A DNA stretch of 64,000 nt. Origin: Macrostomum lignano. Its lineage: Eukaryota. The translations under genes and the position numbers were made by a program. The stretch spans positions 124,001 to 188,000 of the forward strand of contig NIVC01001752.1 in the NCBI GenBank assembly GCA_002269645.1, written 5' to 3'. How positions within the stretch are numbered: the first letter of the stretch is position 1; each line of letters starts with the position of its first letter. Under the pieces are notes generated by a model. That model saw nothing but the letters and a program-made list of their open reading frames with translations, was not told the origin of the DNA and searched no databases. Shown here in pieces: positions 1 through 12,591 of this stretch.

Positions 1-429
1 TGAATTAAATTTATTAAAACTTATTAAAATTAAAATTGATTAAGATTGCCAGGATCCTTCCTTACAGAATTGTGGTCCCTTGACATTGAAGATTCTTGGT
101 TTCATTGTTTTTTTTAATTTTATTGTTTCTCATAATTTATTATATTGTATATGGCAGACTACTGGGTGCTGCAGTGCACTGCTGTCTCTTATCTAGTCAA
201 TCCAGCAAAAAGACATTCTAGCAATAGACAATCTGCAGATCCAGCAACAGTAGGCAGGCATTGTTATAAATTGTCACGATTGACAATTGTCATGTCATGT
301 GCCTAAAAACTAGCATTATAATGACATTGCTCTGCTCACATACATGCCTAACACCTGGTTACCTGTCCAAACCAGACAGGTGAAATGGCTGCCAGCCAAG
401 GTAAGTTGCAAAATTAAAAATGCAAAAAA

Positions 430-545
430 ATTGGAGGAAGAAAGAAAGGAGAAGAAAAGGAAAGGAAAAGAAAGAAGGGATAAGAGAGAGAAGGGAAAGA
501 GGAGAGAGAAAGACAAAGAGAAGAAAAGAGAAAAGGGCAAGAAAA
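430..545. repeat. Purine (GA)-rich low-complexity tract
   Basis: Near-pure A/G run; explains the K/E/R-rich and F/S/L-rich ORFs at 316-605. Confidence 0.7.
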
Positions 546-1470
546 ATCATATACAAAGTAAAAATTAAGTTGCAATTAAAGGAACTTAGTTCCTCCCGAT
601 TGTGACTAAGTCACAAAACTAGACAAATCTAAGTCACACTGGACAGGTAAAATTTTGAGGTTGGGTATGTATGTCTACTTATTGGCCAGACTCTGGAGGG
701 TTACATGTATGCCAAAAAATTCTGGCATACAAATGACACCTTTAAAAGTTGGCATACAAATTCATACATTTTTTTGCATACAAATTTTGGTAAAGAATTG
801 ATGCTATGCATGAAAATTTTAATGTAATTGTAAATTAATGCTTTAAAATAAAATAAAGGAAAATTTGTATAGTCTATATACAGTTAGTAATTTACTTTTT
901 GCTTCTGCAAATTTAACATAATTAAAATTAGTAAAAGTTATTGATAAAAATCTAGATTTTACATTATTATTTTTATAAGTATAATTTAAGTTTGTTTAAA
1001 AACAAAAATATTTGTAATATTTAAAAAAGATATTTTGTACAAAAGCTTTGCTTAGAAAACTCAACTTATGAAAACTAAATGACCTTTTAGGGCAAATTTT
1101 TAGCATACATTTTAAGGCTTTTTTTGTTTTTGATATACATTGGCATATATTTAGCCAAGATAGGATTCTTGTTCTGTGTATACTATTACACAATCTAAAC
1201 CTTGGCTCATTGGTTTCATCATATATGCATAACCTTAGGAATCACTTGTTTGTTTCTATTGGCAACACATACATATAAGTTGCTATTGGCTAAGAGTAGT
1301 CATATGACTTACTAGTTTACTAGCACCTGTTTTTCTAGAGGTATTGAATAAGATAAAAATATATAGTTAAAAAATATATCAAGAGTTTGTTTATACTAAA
1401 TATATGCTAAAGGCACCTAGGCCTATCCTTAGTTTATTTTTATAGAAGCTCCATAGTCCAGATCATGCTG

Positions 1471-2021
1471 GACTTACGCCGGAAGAAAAATCCAACATTT
1501 TTTGGCACTTACGCCAGACTTACGCCAACCAAAAAAGTCCCTTTGACTTATGCCACCCAAAAAAGGTCCTTCACAATTCTTGTGAATAGAATACAATAGA
1601 ATAGAATAGATGATTTACATTTAATCGGTGATTAATTAAATTAGAAGTTGCAACTGTTTAAAAATCTCACAAGTTGCAAATTCTGAATCAAGAATCAAAG
1701 TAAACATCTTGAAGCTAAAAAAACTTTTGCTATCCTATAATAGATATTCTGCTATCTCATTTATACAAACTGCAATATTTTAATGAACTTTGTTTTAATG
1801 CTGCTCTTTAACATCATAATTAACACAAATGTGTAATGTTCTATAGTGATACATTTGATCGTGAATGATCTCATTTGTGCCAACATTTACGCCACTTGAT
1901 TTATGACATGTACTTATGCCAAGCACTTACGCCAAGGCACATTTTGGCCTATACTTATGCCAAGCACTTACACTAGCCTCCAATCCCAAACCAGATTTAT
2001 GCCAGAGATCTCTGGCGTAAA
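1471..2021. repeat. Two clusters of a dispersed ~9-bp motif (ACTTAYGCC-like), ending in a 26-bp near-perfect palindrome
   Basis: About 11 copies (1471, 1506, 1517, 1545, 1884, 1911, 1924, 1952 and others); tttatgccagagatctctggcgtaaa at 1996-2021. Confidence 0.55.
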
Positions 2022-4748
2022 CGACATGATCCGGACTATGGTAGAAGCTTATATTATAAAAATTAAAATTATTAAAAGGTTTTTTTATTATTGCAACTGC
2101 AAAAAGGTCCTTTATTGTTATAGCTGCAATTGGTATTAGGCTTATCAGAGTATATTTTCTAGCTTCAACATGCATTGGTTCAAAACATTCTGGCATGCAC
2201 TTAGCAAGATAACTAGGCCTACTTGCAGAAGACTGCCATTCCAGATCAATAGCCATTAGAAAATGGGTTCTAGTGCTGGAACCCTAGCCATTACCTGGCC
2301 ATACACACCTGGCATGCACTTCATAGAATCATGTGGAAGAGTTAGTATTTAGTAGAAAAAATATAGAAACAAGGAATTTAAACTGTAGTTGTAGATAATA
2401 TAAGTAAAAAAGATAAACAAACAAGCAACCAAATTATGTGCCAAAAGGAACATTTATGAAACACAAAAAACCATCTATACAAAAAAGGTCATTTGCTATG
2501 GCGATGCAAAAAAGGTCATTTATTATTGCAACACCAGCATAGGACTAGCCATAGATTTGATTTTGAGTGTGGGCATGCTGCATCTGCATGTACTATAATT
2601 TTTTGGAATGCATTAGTAACTATTCAATATTTGTTTGGGTGTGCACCAAGCATGATCCAGACTAGGCCCTAATGCACTTTAAGCCTCAAAAATATAAATT
2701 ATAAATTCAAATCAAATTATATTATATTTCACAATTCACCTACCAATTTTATCAATGTCTTCAATGTGTCCATTGAATGTGTCCATGCGCAGCAAAGTAG
2801 AAGCAGAAACACTTCCTTCTGTTGCATTTTGGCTTAACTGTGTATAGGACATTTTTACGCGAGAAAATGGTTAATAAATATATAAGGAATTGGGGCGATA
2901 TATTAGAAGAAGACGAAGCATTTGAAGGGCAATCGATATTATTTAGAAAAACACAAGTCAAAAAGTTAGATCATGTTTCTTAGTTTGAACTTTTTTCACT
3001 AAGTTAAACAAATATATAAGCATAATTGTCCATAAAAATATAACGTTTATACTTAAAATCAAAAAATTCAAATATAAAGAGTTATTATAGGTTTCGTTTT
3101 AGAATAGTTTAGTAATACAGTTTTTTATTTTACGTTGATTAATTATAACCGACTGTTAATTAATGATCATGATCATGATCATGAAAAGGAAAACACTTTA
3201 GTATGCTTAAATAGATTTCCAACATTAGAACGTAAGCTGCATCCGTCTTTAAAAAAGCAGACCTTCATCTAAAGCATCTGGCTGCTTGCATTATTACATG
3301 TAATCATTTTATATACTTGTTTACAGATAAAAACTTCTGAAGTTATATGCAATATTTTGAGCAAAGCACATGTGCGTGCAGCATGTACAGTGTTACGTGT
3401 AAATTGTTTTCCCTATACCAAACGCGGTGAAATAAACGAAATGCATGTACACAGTCATGAAAACGTGTGCAACCCTAAATTAGAAATCCCTAAACTCTAT
3501 TTTATCTCTGGCACCGACAAGCGCACGCCGGGCATACATGCATGTAATGTACTGCGCACAAGCATGCTGCATGAATGTGTTAGGCTGTGCTACTGTTGTG
3601 GCGTCTACAGCAGGCCTGGCCATCAGCATCATATAATATGTATATGCAGGCAACGGACCTACGAAATCATGCCAACCTCAAATTGAGGTACTAAAAACGA
3701 ATGAAAATGTTCTAAGACGAGCAAAAGCTGCTGATATCCGGCCACTCGCTTCTCTATGATCAGAACTTCTAATCATTTAGAAGAATTGCAGAATTGCGGC
3801 CTTTAATTATTGATGCATGTCGTCTGCATGGCAGAGCCCGACAGTCTTCAAAGTGTTTTTACCACTGATCCCGACACTATACAGCCGCAATGGCAATGAA
3901 CATACAGCAGGCGGAGGTCGACGTCAGCTAGCATAGCCACAAGGGAGACACTCTTCGCTTGACGCGCGTCGACAAATGCATTTTTGCAGCAGAAAAAGTT
4001 ATCGTCGCACACATGATATGTATGCAAATACTTGTATTAATTGTTTCAAATTCGAAATTAGTTTGTACTAGCAATCTAGTGCGGCTAGTTACAAACAGAA
4101 GTAAAATCTCATTCGGTACTAACCAAAGGGAAATATATATGCAAACTGATCGCTAGTTATTTGTGCGATGATTTTTCAATTCCATTGACGCGATTGCGAA
4201 AACTTATCTATGTATTTATAGTTGGGTTTAATAAACACGTATAAACTGACACAACATAAACATTACTGGTACATAGATTTTGTACCCTCTTATAAAATAT
4301 CTGGTGTTGCTATAGAGCTAGTTTTGTGCAATGTTGATTTTGAGGTGCGATCAATCAAAAAAATAAAATTACAAGCTAAAAGCTAAACACGAAAAGGACG
4401 TGACAAAAACAAATTAAGATATAGATGTACGTTTTTTATGAAGCATTGTTTCTTTGTTTCGGTGTTTCAAACTTTTGGTGTGTATTACGTAACGCAAAAA
4501 CGCAGCTTACTTGTATCTAATATATGAAATATTTGTATAGTTTTGCTTTATACAGTATAAGGTGCAGTTCCTAGGGTATATTGTGCATGGAGCGCAAGTA
4601 TTTTTGTACGTCGTAGAAAAATAGTATTAGATGTAATATTAGAAAAATTAATTTCAAATTTAAGCCGCGAATTGAAAACATGATTTTTAAAGTTTGTCTA
4701 CTGACAAGACTGACAAATAGTCGAATTAGAAATATAATTCTTAGAGTC

Positions 4749-5092
4749 TGGGGGCATCGCCACCTGGGGCTACAGGGGTGGACATGTCCTCCCAGTAAAA
4801 GCTGTGGTTGGCATGCCAATGCTTTGTCCCCCCACCCACCTTGTTTTTTACCCTAGGAAACGAATAAGTTTGCTTCAGGGCGCCAAAATAAGTTTTGTCC
4901 GCGGAGCTAAAACGAGTGTCTGTGGAGCTAAAATGAGTGCTTGAGGAGCTAAAATGAGTGTTTGCGGAGCTAAAACGAGTGTCTGCGGAGCTAAAATGAG
5001 TGTCTGACTGCGGCGCCAAAAGAATCAAATTTAGTCATTTTTCTTGGCTTTGTCCCCCCCCCCATTCACAAGTCCATATGGCGACGCCCAAG
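4749..5092. mobile_element. Degenerate hAT-type MITE copy with a short 21-bp repeat array
   Basis: Ends ggggcatcgccacctgggg ... atatggcgacgccc match the copy at 58099-58939; internal gcggagctaaaatgagtg units. Confidence 0.65.
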
Positions 5093-5119
5093 TTGCGTAG
5101 TGTTTGTGAGCTATACCAA

Positions 5120-5426
5120 CCCGCATAGCAAAATTACGTATCCAATAGAAAGTGGGACGTCTCCAATACGTAACTTTTTTGGTTGCAGGAACGTCCTTGA
5201 TACGTATCCAATTTTTATGATTCTCTAAAGAAGCTCGCTTCTACAAAAATGGTGGAATAAATAATTAATAAAATTACAAGCATCATCTGTTCACCATTTT
5301 TGTAGAAACGAGCTTCTTTAGAGGATCATAAAAATTGGATACGTATCAAGGACGTTCCTGCAACCAAAAAAGTTACGTATTGGAGACGTCCCACTTTCTA
5401 TTGGATACGTAATTTTGCTATGCGGG
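5120..5426. mobile_element. Foldback MITE with ~135-bp inverted arms
   Basis: cccgcatagcaaaattacg...aaaaatggtg is inverted as caccatttttgtag...gctatgcggg; flanked by CAA on both sides (possible 3-bp TSD). Confidence 0.8.
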
Positions 5427-5507
5427 CAAGTGTACATGTACATGTAATATATAGTTACATGTGTGTGAAACAAGCCCTTGCAGTTACAAATCGCAGTTCT
5501 CGATCTG

Positions 5508-6659
5508 TCAGGCTGCTCGATCTGGAGCTTGAGCCACATTAGCACGGCCGCCTGCTGCGTTCGACTCCCGATGAGACATCAAATCTGCCATCAGCTTTGA
5601 AAAGTACACACGAAATTGCGGATTTCGCCGCAAAACTATTGGAAAACTGCATGACTGGCCGATCAAAGACAGGGATCCAATGATAGCTAGAGAGTTCACC
5701 ATTGTCCGCGAGGTATCATCAGTTGGATCAGCAGAGTAACCCCGGATTGTCAGGGCCCAGTAGAGAGCGACTGTAGGAAGCTGAGCAACCAATCTCACCA
5801 TTGCCAAGAGCAGCACAACAATGGCTCCGTTTACTCCGTCGTGTCCTGGCGGCCCGGTTGCACTGCTGAGTGCATTGGCATGCCTTTCGAGGTTGTGCTT
5901 TCTTGCCCAGACAAGTCTCGTAATGAAGAACAGCAGGCCCAGATTCAGTAGCAGAACCATAACCAGAATTACAGTCGGCGGATTGCAGATTAGACTCCAG
6001 TAGAGCAAGGCAAGATTGTTGTTCGTTTCGAAGAAGCAGGCCACGATTATGCTTCCATTTGAGTTTGTAAAAGACCTTCGTTTGCCAGCTAAGATAGGCG
6101 GTATGGACAGCAAAGCCGATGCGAGCACAGCTACCAGCATTGCCCGCAAGGCGGTCTTAGGACCAAAAGTTCTGAATCGAAACGGCGCCAAGAATGACAT
6201 TGTTCTGTCAGCTACCATCATCAATAGTACCGATGCGGACATCAACGGGCAGACAGTGATGATTGCCATGTACATTTTGCAGCCCAAATATCCGTCATTC
6301 TGCATGATGTAGCCAACAGTGCCACCGCTGAGCCAGGGAAGTCCTCTGCTCAAAAAGAAGTTCACTAAGCCGAACACAGGCATGGATACAGAGTCTACAA
6401 GAGCGACACCGCCAACGTAGACATTCTGCCGATTGATGGGTCGGATTTTTACCAGCATGCCGTAGGCAACAAAGCCGTTACCAAGGAAACCAAGAAGGAT
6501 GATGAGCGGAAGCAGACAGCCGCAGGCAATACCCGCTATCTTGGCCGTGATGCAACGAATCTGCCTAACCGAGTAGCCTCCAAAGCATTCGACTAGCAGG
6601 ATGAACATGTTGTGATAGTAGATTATTCCACCCAAGGAGCTGGCCGACGTCGAATTCAT
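5508..6659 (-). CDS. Intronless class A (rhodopsin-like) GPCR, orphan/peptide-receptor-like, 383 aa
   Basis: Seven hydrophobic segments; TM1 GN (GFLGN), TM2 ALVD, TM3 CK...ADR (DRY-like) followed by P, C-terminal NPQFR. Confidence 0.9.
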   Translation of the reverse strand: MNSTSASSLGGIIYYHNMFILLVECFGGYSVRQIRCITAKIAGIACGCLLPLIILLGFLGNGFVAYGMLVKIRPINRQNVYVGGVALVDSVSMPVFGLVNFFLSRGLPWLSGGTVGYIMQNDGYLGCKMYMAIITVCPLMSASVLLMMVADRTMSFLAPFRFRTFGPKTALRAMLVAVLASALLSIPPILAGKRRSFTNSNGSIIVACFFETNNNLALLYWSLICNPPTVILVMVLLLNLGLLFFITRLVWARKHNLERHANALSSATGPPGHDGVNGAIVVLLLAMVRLVAQLPTVALYWALTIRGYSADPTDDTSRTMVNSLAIIGSLSLIGQSCSFPIVLRRNPQFRVYFSKLMADLMSHRESNAAGGRANVAQAPDRAA

Positions 6660-7367
6660 GGTGGGTACTTTTCTACGGAAAATTGTTTTAAACGAGAAAA
6701 ACTGATGAAACTAAAGACTTACGCGTTTGAAGATGAATTAAGACAGCTTCTGCCGTTCGTGGTTTCCTTCTAGCCCTTGGACCAGTCAAGCCAGGTTTAG
6801 CAAGTTCCAGTTTTCCCATTTTATTGGATAATGGAAAACTATTGGACACTTTAATTGGGACGGTTTTTGTCTGTTGCCTATTTCGGTAATGGATGTTTTC
6901 ACTAGTCCAGTAGTACTGCATGTAGTCCTAGTCAGGAACAAATCTCCTCCAAAGTACAATTAGTCCGCCGGAAATTTTCATCAGTACCATGAGGGTCTCT
7001 GACAGTTCTAATTAGTTTTTAATAGCTCTAATAAGTAAACTCGACATGCTGGTTGTGCCAAAACACGGGGCCATCATTTAATTGCTCTCTAGCTCTAAGT
7101 AAGTCTAGGAGTCTGATTAATTGAATTACGAGGTATTTTCACTTGACGACCGTCCAAGTCAACAAATCCGACTAAGTGGTCGACTTTTCAATTTATTAGA
7201 TGCTGTTTATTTCAGTTCAATTGCGACGACTCAACCAGTTTGGATAATTATTCTGTAGCTGGTTTTATTAACAAATTCTCCCTTGCTTCAACACTCTGCC
7301 TTTTGCAATCAAAATAATGAAATCAAGGGTCGAAAAACAGACCTAAGGCAAGGGCTACTAAAGTAAA

Positions 7368-7852
7368 AGGACGCGACACTCGAAATCTATGAAAAAATGT
7401 TTTGAAGGCCATTTTTCTCCGAAAAATACACTAAGGAGATAGAAGGTTTTAATTTTTGTCAGCACAAAATTGCTATTGCTTTCGATAGTTCATATTTTGA
7501 TATGTTGTGCCTTTTTCATAGCTCTATTGATATTCGTAAAGCTTTTCGTTAAAAAAATAGAATTCTGTGTCAATTTTTTATTTAATGTACATTTCCTTTC
7601 ACCTAAAATTCATAAAAATGCGTGGCACAGCTCGAATCTAGAATCCTAATTTTCTGAACGTAAAGCTTTATGAATGTCAATTGAGCTAAGTAAGGCACAG
7701 CATATAAAAAAAATAAACACTGGGTATGTCTCCTATCGAAAGCAATAAACGAATTTTGTGCTGAAAAATGAAAGCTTCCTATCTCCGTAGTGTATTTTTC
7801 GGCGAAAACAGGCCTTCAAAACTTTTCCCATGAAACGTGAGTGTCGCGTCCT
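7368..7852. mobile_element. Non-autonomous TIR element (MITE) with ~120-bp imperfect inverted arms
   Basis: aggacgcgacactc ... gagtgtcgcgtcct termini; the same right end recurs at 47268-47517. Confidence 0.7.
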
Positions 7853-8815
7853 GTACATACGTTGCTTTAGTTGTCCTTGACCAAAGGTATAGCGACACAA
7901 TGCCAGATTCTTGACTGATTGCAACCATAAGCCATAAGTCAGTTCTCAAAAGCCGATCAGCTGCAGAAGCCGCTCTCAGCCAACTGAGCCCATTTATATC
8001 CCAGCTCTTCGAGTTGGTGTCGGTGCCCGTTCCAGAGCCAGTCCAAACAGAGCCACAAGGCAACTGCCACTCGCTTCTCCTGGGGGTCCGTGGACTGAAG
8101 CAAAACGAGTGTGAAAGCAATTTTTTACAAATCGAAGGTTATATGTATGAATTATGAGTTCTTGGCTCACAGAATCAATGCATGAGGCCGCCGAGGGTTC
8201 TGTCTGTTCATCCTGGTTCCTCTTCGTGCGTGGAGTATCGGAGGACCTGATCAGGAGTCAATTTGACTGTTCCTTAAGGACTTTGATGGTGATTCTTGTA
8301 GTGTTAATTAACTCTGCTTAGCTTTAAAAAAGTCATCTAGTCTAGATCTAGATTCTGAGTACTCTGCATTCGTGTCTATCAGATAGATTGGGTGTTGTAG
8401 TTGAGCGGAGAATGTCTACAGTCAAGTCTGTTTTCGATTTCGAGACAGTTGGCAGAGGGTTGAGCCATAGACTAAGTTTCATGAGAAGAAGACCTTGTAC
8501 TCGTAGATGTCCTTGGAAGACAGTGAAAGATAATTAGACTTTTTCACTTTAATCTGAGGAGGGACGATAACAGAGTTTTGTTTGCACAGCACTCTGATCT
8601 GCTTACTACGTCCAGATAATCTTTCTACCAACTTTTTGTTTGTCAAGATTATAGATGACTATGGGAAATTCGAGACTAAATTTTAATTATTGATTCCCTG
8701 AAAAATTATTGTTCACGGTCTGATTTTCTTGTAATAGAAGTTCGGTTTATTCAGAATACTCAGACTCAAAAGCTTTCCTTACTAACCACACTGTACTCAC
8801 AGAGGTTTAAAGCCT

Positions 8816-9170
8816 TCATCTTTCCTGCTGCAGGCACTCTCGCAGCACAAGCCACTGAGCCAGACGAACGGCTACCAGCAACGGTAGACGCCTCATCTCC
8901 GTTCTACTCAGAGGCAACTCGGACATAAATCCTCGGATTAGCGGTCCAACCACGGATCGAAACGGATCTACGATTGCCGGCGAGTGAGCACTCGACAGTT
9001 GGAGAAGCCTTCTACTGGCCAGCATGACTAGCAGAGCCAAGTCGAAGGACCCCCGTCCGGAGACGGACTGCAGCCACGGTCGGACTGTCTCCGCGCTCTC
9101 GATTGTGGCAGACGGTTTGGTGATGTTGTCAACACGTGGGTACTGCCACATGCCTGCTGCGTCCTCTGGA
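8816..9170 (-). pseudogene. Hydroxylysine-kinase/aminoglycoside-phosphotransferase-like C-terminal fragment, probably degenerate
   Basis: FDLALLVM...GPLIRGFMSELPLSRTEMRRLPLLVAVRLAQWLVL resembles, from memory, the HYKK C-terminus; polypyrimidine acceptor near 9170; no intact HGD or DFGD motif; stops before the next donor. Confidence 0.45.
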
Positions 9171-11559
9171 GTGAGAGAAGAATCAATTTTAGACTACGAG
9201 CTACGATGAGCTATGGATTTTCAGACTATAAAATGATACTTTAACTGAATTTGTTAAAGTGCACTCTTTCATCCTTATGATGAGGACGCACTTTTTCCCA
9301 AATCCCGCGCTAGCACATGGGCTCTAAACTTACTAGCCTACTGACAGCAGGCTAAGGGCATTTTTATTCTTTTTCTGCGAATTTTCATAAAATCTATACT
9401 AGATATAATGTCTGGTCATACTAGTAGTCATAATAACATAGGCGCAGCATTTTGGGTCATAAATCATCGCTTTCGAAGCTGGTCTGACAGCCACCTGCGC
9501 TTCACTCAGTGTTGAGGCGGGCGCCAGATGTCTGAGAGGATGCGGGCGGTAGCTTTTTTCTCATCATTTTGACAGGCCATCAAGATTTATGAGGTCAGAG
9601 CCTATTGTTCGTGTTCACTCAAGCGTGTGACAGCTTTGACAGCTATGCGTTTTACCCCTAAAAGTACTTTGGGATTAGCGATTAGCGATTTCTCTTCATT
9701 ATCTTCACTTTCTATTTAATAAGAGCTTTCTAATGTATATTTTTTCATTAATTTCCGTCAATCCTACGCGAAAAGTCATAAATCATTTTGTTGCGATTTT
9801 GAGTGATTTATGGCCGCACCTGTCATCTTTTTACGACCCTGTGGAAACTGATAGGATCTTTCGGTCACGTGATTCTGGGTAGCAACAAGCTTAGCCAATC
9901 AGAAAATTCGGCGCTCATTTTAACAAAACGGCTCAGCCAATCAGAATCGACGTGTTCCATTATAACAAACTGCGGTCCAGTTGGCGGCTATTTGAACCGG
10001 TGTTTTTGGCCCGCTCGGACCGGTACCTGTTCCGACTCTGGCCTGGTTCCTACTCCACCGGCCCGGAACTGACCGTCGTTTCTTGATCCCCGGATTGCGA
10101 CTTCCCCCCATCATCATCAAGGACGAGTCCCCCGGTCATCAGCAGCGAACATCAAGTTAAGAGCATCACCTGCTAGCTAACAGCGAAGATTGTGACAGCA
10201 TCATCCCGAGTCTACAGCTGCAGAGCATCGAGCCGATTCGGTCACTGTGGATTACCTGGTCTCCGGCTGTTGAGTTTCTGATTGGTTGGGTGAGAGGCTA
10301 CCTAGACAATTGCTTGATTGGGTGATCCCTTTTCTGTCCCCTGTTGCAGTAGCTGAATTAGGCGCACACTTTTGCTCATTTTGTTCAGCAGTGCTGTTGC
10401 TGAGGCAGAAATCATTCAATAATACTGCTAGTAGTCTAAGACTCCAATTCAATCTGAAGTGTGAAGTGAACTAAGGATAATGTTAAATCTAACAGTTATT
10501 TTTATCGGTTTTATTTCTTTGTTCGCCGATGGCTCAGATGAGTAGCTAAGCTAGTAGGCGCCGGTCATAGTGGACCAATGGCAAGGCAGTTCTCAGTCGA
10601 CCAATCTATCAAATCAGTGAGCAAAACTGCCAGAAGTGCAGAATCGGCGCCAGAGATGTACTTTGTGCACTCTAGGGTAGCCAAGCGGCTCGGGTAAATG
10701 AATCATGCGGTCTCTGAAGTTCGAGTTAGTCTATCATCAGCGCTATGAGAGGCTAGTTGGCGCGTTGAAGGCCAAAAGTACATATCTTCGTATTTAGCAA
10801 TGTAATAGTACATGTAGCTACCCCATAGACTCGCCACCGCAAGAATCCCCTGCACAAGTCCCCTCTGTACCTGCATGGCCAATGCGATCTAGTCCCAGCA
10901 GTGTCCCTTATCATCGGCTATGACTTCGAGATTGACAGCAAAAAGACACTAGTTGGCAGGTAAGTGCAAAGCCCCTTCTAGTCGGAAGCCCGATTTCGAG
11001 AGTCCCGGTGTGGTGAGCCAGGGCGCACGGGCTGGTGGCAGCAAGTTAGTTGATCTGCGGATTAGCTAATTTCTTCTTTCAAAATTCTCCCTGCTCGTCT
11101 CTCGCTGTCCCTCTCTTAGCTATAGGACCTAGACTGCTGGCCACACGATCAAGCTACCATGGGGCTGACCATCTGACAGGAGTAGGGGGCCAGGACTCTA
11201 ATTGATTTATTTCTGAGCCTGAGGCCCGAAGGCTTCCCTAACAAGGAGCCCGAAGGTCGAAACCCATCACTTAAATAAAATTAGCTTATTTACAATAAAT
11301 TTGTTCAAATGATTATAGCTATCCAGTTTGCATGGGTAGTAGTACCGGATCCTGTAGACCAGATTTCCAAACATGTTGGCCCTGAAATGCGACGCTTCCA
11401 CGACACTGGCTAGTCAACAATTCAATGCACGCAAGAAGCAACCTATTATAAAGTTCATCCTGTCACTAAATTACAAGTAAAGGATGGATGTCTTACAATA
11501 GCATACTCGTAGAGTTAATCATTGTTAAAAAGCTATTAAAAGTACAGTGAAAGTGTAAT

Positions 11560-11808
11560 TGTTCTGTTGTTGAATTAACGAACGCAGAAACAAGATAGAT
11601 AATTATCCGGGCGCTCAGTGGCACCAAAAGAAGGGGTTGGCCAATAGGAGGGCGGCTCGTATATTTATGCACGCGGGGAAGGAAAGTTCTAGAAAGACCG
11701 GGGAAGGAAACTTCTGGAACTATGCGTAAACAAGTCCGCGGTGGAAGTTTCTAGAAACGCTGTCCCCGAACTACCCCTACGCCTCGCATGCCTTTGCAAT
11801 ACACAACA
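11560..11808 (-). repeat. 3' LTR
   Basis: Direct repeat of 13982-14230; preceded on the minus strand by the polypurine tract at 11809-11825. Confidence 0.95.
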
Positions 11809-11856
11809 TTCTTCCCCTCCTTCAAGGAGTCCAACAGTCCCCAAGCTTCACTTTAA

Positions 11857-12591
11857 TCAGTCCCAGCGGCAGTTCATGAAGCGTATCGGCGGGTGCCTGG
11901 CTCGCTCAGATCGGCGGGGCGCTGCTGTTCTTGCCGGAGGCTCCGCCGCCGGTGCCGCCGGTGCCGCCGTGCCGGCTCCGGTCGTTGGCGCCGAGTCCAC
12001 CAGTGGGTCGAACCGCTCTCTCGGCTGCGCCGGGTGCGGCGTTCGGATCAGCCGCTGCTGGTTCCATCTGGTGCCGTCGCTGAGCTCGACCGCGTGGTGT
12101 CCCGCCTGACGGAGCACTTGTAGTGGCCGTGAGAGGCGGGTACCCAGCTTGCCCTTCTTGGTGGGCCGTCGGATTCTCACCCAATCGCCGGGGTGGAACG
12201 TCTCGGGGCGGGCCCTTCGTCTGGCATCGGTGTAGGCCTTGATCCGCTGCTGCCGCGCCTCGATTTGCTGCCGCAGTGCCTGAGGCGTCGCCTCGGTCAT
12301 TGTCATTCCCCCTCCGGGAGACAGCATGGTGATCGCGGTGCGCCACTTCCGACCCAGCATGAGCTCGGCCGGTGACTTGCCCGTCAGGCTGTGCTTGGAG
12401 CTCCGGTAGGCAGACAAGAAGTTGGTCACGGCGTCTTGAAACGGCCTGTTCTCCACCATGGCCGCTCTGATGCTGGCGAGTAGCGACCGATTGAGACGCT
12501 CCGTCTGGCCGTTGGTCTGCGGATGGTAGAGGCTGGTCTTGACGTGCCGGATGCCCTGCTCGGCCAGGAAGTCCGAGAACTCGCTCGATGA
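11857..12591 (-). pseudogene. Integrase C-terminal remnant
   Basis: Frame reads SSSEFSDFLAEQGIRHVKTSLYHPQTNGQTERLNRSL...YRSSKHSLTGKSPAELMLGR; the HHCC motif and first catalytic Asp residues are missing. Confidence 0.9.

Noticed and set aside
9890-9950. Paired AGCCAATCAG CCAAT boxes as a promoter
   Set aside because: No gene start can be linked to them with confidence.
11205-11290. Possible Penelope-type hammerhead ribozyme (CTGA...CGAAAC followed by AATAAA)
   Set aside because: The core CUGANGA is not intact (CTGAGCC/CTGAGGC) and stem III cannot pair. At best a decayed remnant.
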